NCBI GenBank assembly: GCA_045106895.1
Contig: JBGCFM010000062.1
Coordinates: forward strand, 96,001-160,000
Reading direction: 5' to 3'
DNA from: Polyangiales bacterium
GTDB lineage: Bacteria; Myxococcota_A; Polyangia; Polyangiales; Houyiibacteriaceae
Length of the DNA: 64,000 nt
Part shown: piece after piece, positions 62,582 through 64,000 of the stretch
Layout: each line of letters opens with the position of its first letter
Position numbering within the stretch: the stretch's first letter is position 1
The notes under the pieces: model-generated
What the model was told of the DNA's origin: nothing
Database searches by the model: none
The model's input: the letters and a program-made list of their open reading frames with translations, nothing else
Program-made: the position numbers and the translations under genes

Positions 62582-63901
62582 CTACGTTCGCCGACGCCTC
62601 GCAAAAAACAAGAGCCCAAATCCGACCAGGAATGCCCAGGCGCTCCCATTTTGATCCGAGATAGAGCAGCCCCCTCCGGAAACCCCAGCGCTCCCAGGAA
62701 TCGCGCAGGGCGGGGCGAGGCAAATGTTGAGGGCGTAGTCGCGGACCAGGTCCGCGTCCTCCACTTCGCACACCACCGGCCCGGGGCACTCGACGGGCCC
62801 AACAAGGTCGTTGAGGGAGAAAACACCTTCGAATGTGCGGCCTGCGTCCGCGCTTCGCCCGACATCCCAGGGCCCACTCGTGTGTGACGCGCAGGCCCAC
62901 AGCTCCCCGTCGACTGCGTTCAGACACGTCAAGGACACGTCTTGCTGGAGGTGCTCAAAACTCGCCCCCGAGTCTTCGGAGACCCAGAGGCCCATTTCCG
63001 GGAAGACCTGCTCGCCGGTAACGCTGTCTTCGTAGGACCCAAGCTGTGGAGCGCTCACATAGATACGACCATCGAGCTGGGCAAAACCGGAGATCTCCGC
63101 CGTCAAAGAGAGGAGCGTCTCCCATGTCTCTCCCCCATCACGGGAGACAACCAGTCGTTCAGGTTGGTCGTAGGACTCCACGGCACGTACCACTCGGGCG
63201 TACACGGTGCTCTCCATGAGGGGGTCGACACCAAGCAGATAGAGATTTCGCTCCCCCGCGGCCAACGGGAACTCGAAGCTCTCAAAACTCGCTCCTGCAT
63301 CGACGCTTCGGAACGTGAATACGCGCCGCTCCGGCATGGACTCGGTGCGTGGGAAGGCGCCGCTCAGATACAGCACATCGGAGTTTCCGGGTGCGATGCG
63401 CAGTCGTTCAAAGAGGATCGTTGAAACGGTCTCGTTGACCGCCGACCAGCTCTCCCCGCCATCCACCGAACGAAACACACCATTGTCTGTGCTGCGTCCA
63501 TCGGAGGTCAGGGCCCAAATCACGCTTGGCGTGTTTTCGTCCGTGACGATATCGATGACGATGCGGTCGAGGAGCGGTGACGCCAACTCCCCGCCACAGG
63601 CGTTTGGTTCGGCTCGGCGTAGTCCACCGAAGGTGGCGCCGAGGAACTCCCCGCCCGGCGAACGAACCACCGGAATGCGCTCATTGGGCGAGCGTTGCAT
63701 GGCGCCACTGCACACCCACCGCCAACCCGTGTCCGTGTCGAGCACCAAACCATAGGTCGTCGTGAAGGCGGGCATGCCCATATCACTTGGTATGATTTGG
63801 TAGACCTCGGCGGCCGTGCCGTGGGCGTGAGCCGTCGAGATCTCCCCTACGCACAGGAGAAGGGCGGCGACAAGGAGAGCAGGCGTCGTTGGAAGGCGCA
63901 C
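62582..63901 (-). CDS. BNR/Asp-box beta-propeller protein with MYXO-CTERM-type sorting signal
   Basis: Repeated SxDxGxS/TW/F boxes; C-terminal GGGCS + hydrophobic helix + RRRR. Confidence 0.85.
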   Translation of the reverse strand: MRLPTTPALLVAALLLCVGEISTAHAHGTAAEVYQIIPSDMGMPAFTTTYGLVLDTDTGWRWVCSGAMQRSPNERIPVVRSPGGEFLGATFGGLRRAEPNACGGELASPLLDRIVIDIVTDENTPSVIWALTSDGRSTDNGVFRSVDGGESWSAVNETVSTILFERLRIAPGNSDVLYLSGAFPRTESMPERRVFTFRSVDAGASFESFEFPLAAGERNLYLLGVDPLMESTVYARVVRAVESYDQPERLVVSRDGGETWETLLSLTAEISGFAQLDGRIYVSAPQLGSYEDSVTGEQVFPEMGLWVSEDSGASFEHLQQDVSLTCLNAVDGELWACASHTSGPWDVGRSADAGRTFEGVFSLNDLVGPVECPGPVVCEVEDADLVRDYALNICLAPPCAIPGSAGVSGGGCSISDQNGSAWAFLVGFGLLFFARRRRT

Positions 63902-64000
63902 GTCTTAATCATGGCACCACATCCGGGGCGGGGAAAGCGCCCGAAATGCGCAGTAGTGAACGGCCCCTGCGTGGTACGGTGCCGCATCGCTCAGGACGAC

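Noticed and set aside
1..64000. Prophage, IS, integron or defence island
   Set aside because: No integrase, transposase, phage structural, nuclease or toxin-antitoxin genes recognised; no obvious compositional break.

Overview
GC-rich (~65% by eye), gene-dense chromosomal window with about 58 credible CDSs. I found no rRNA, tRNA, CRISPR array, transposase or phage genes. Gene content (Glt/Nfs-like cluster, MYXO-CTERM protein, TPR/PEGA proteins, many Cys-rich and vWA lipoproteins, a receiver-fused Ser/Thr kinase) points to a myxobacterium, probably class Polyangia (inference). All family calls come from motif recognition, not database searches. Main points: (1) a tightly coupled Glt/Nfs-type envelope operon (beta-barrel, unknown protein, GltC-, GltD-, GltE- and GltF-like) with no GltG or AglRQS motor in the window; (2) a family of long intergenic hairpin repeats with G-U wobbles, compensatory changes and a shared CAAGGC/AACGCAG internal loop, including one copy nested inside another; (3) at least 13 genes with a TANNNT hexamer 6-7 nt before the start codon, suggesting widespread leaderless transcription; (4) a module seen twice, a TPR anchor protein coupled to a lipoprotein, once followed by a fibre-like protein; (5) a His-kinase, single receiver and receiver-Ser/Thr kinase circuit; (6) a Dus plus N-terminally short RlmN-like pair, a cysteine-free NifU-like protein, a heme c-fused copper monooxygenase and several unusual small lipoproteins. 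The rest is lipid metabolism, transport and housekeeping (fadD, cysK, typA, P450, FadL-like channel, DUF368, L,D-transpeptidase, E2 acyltransferase).
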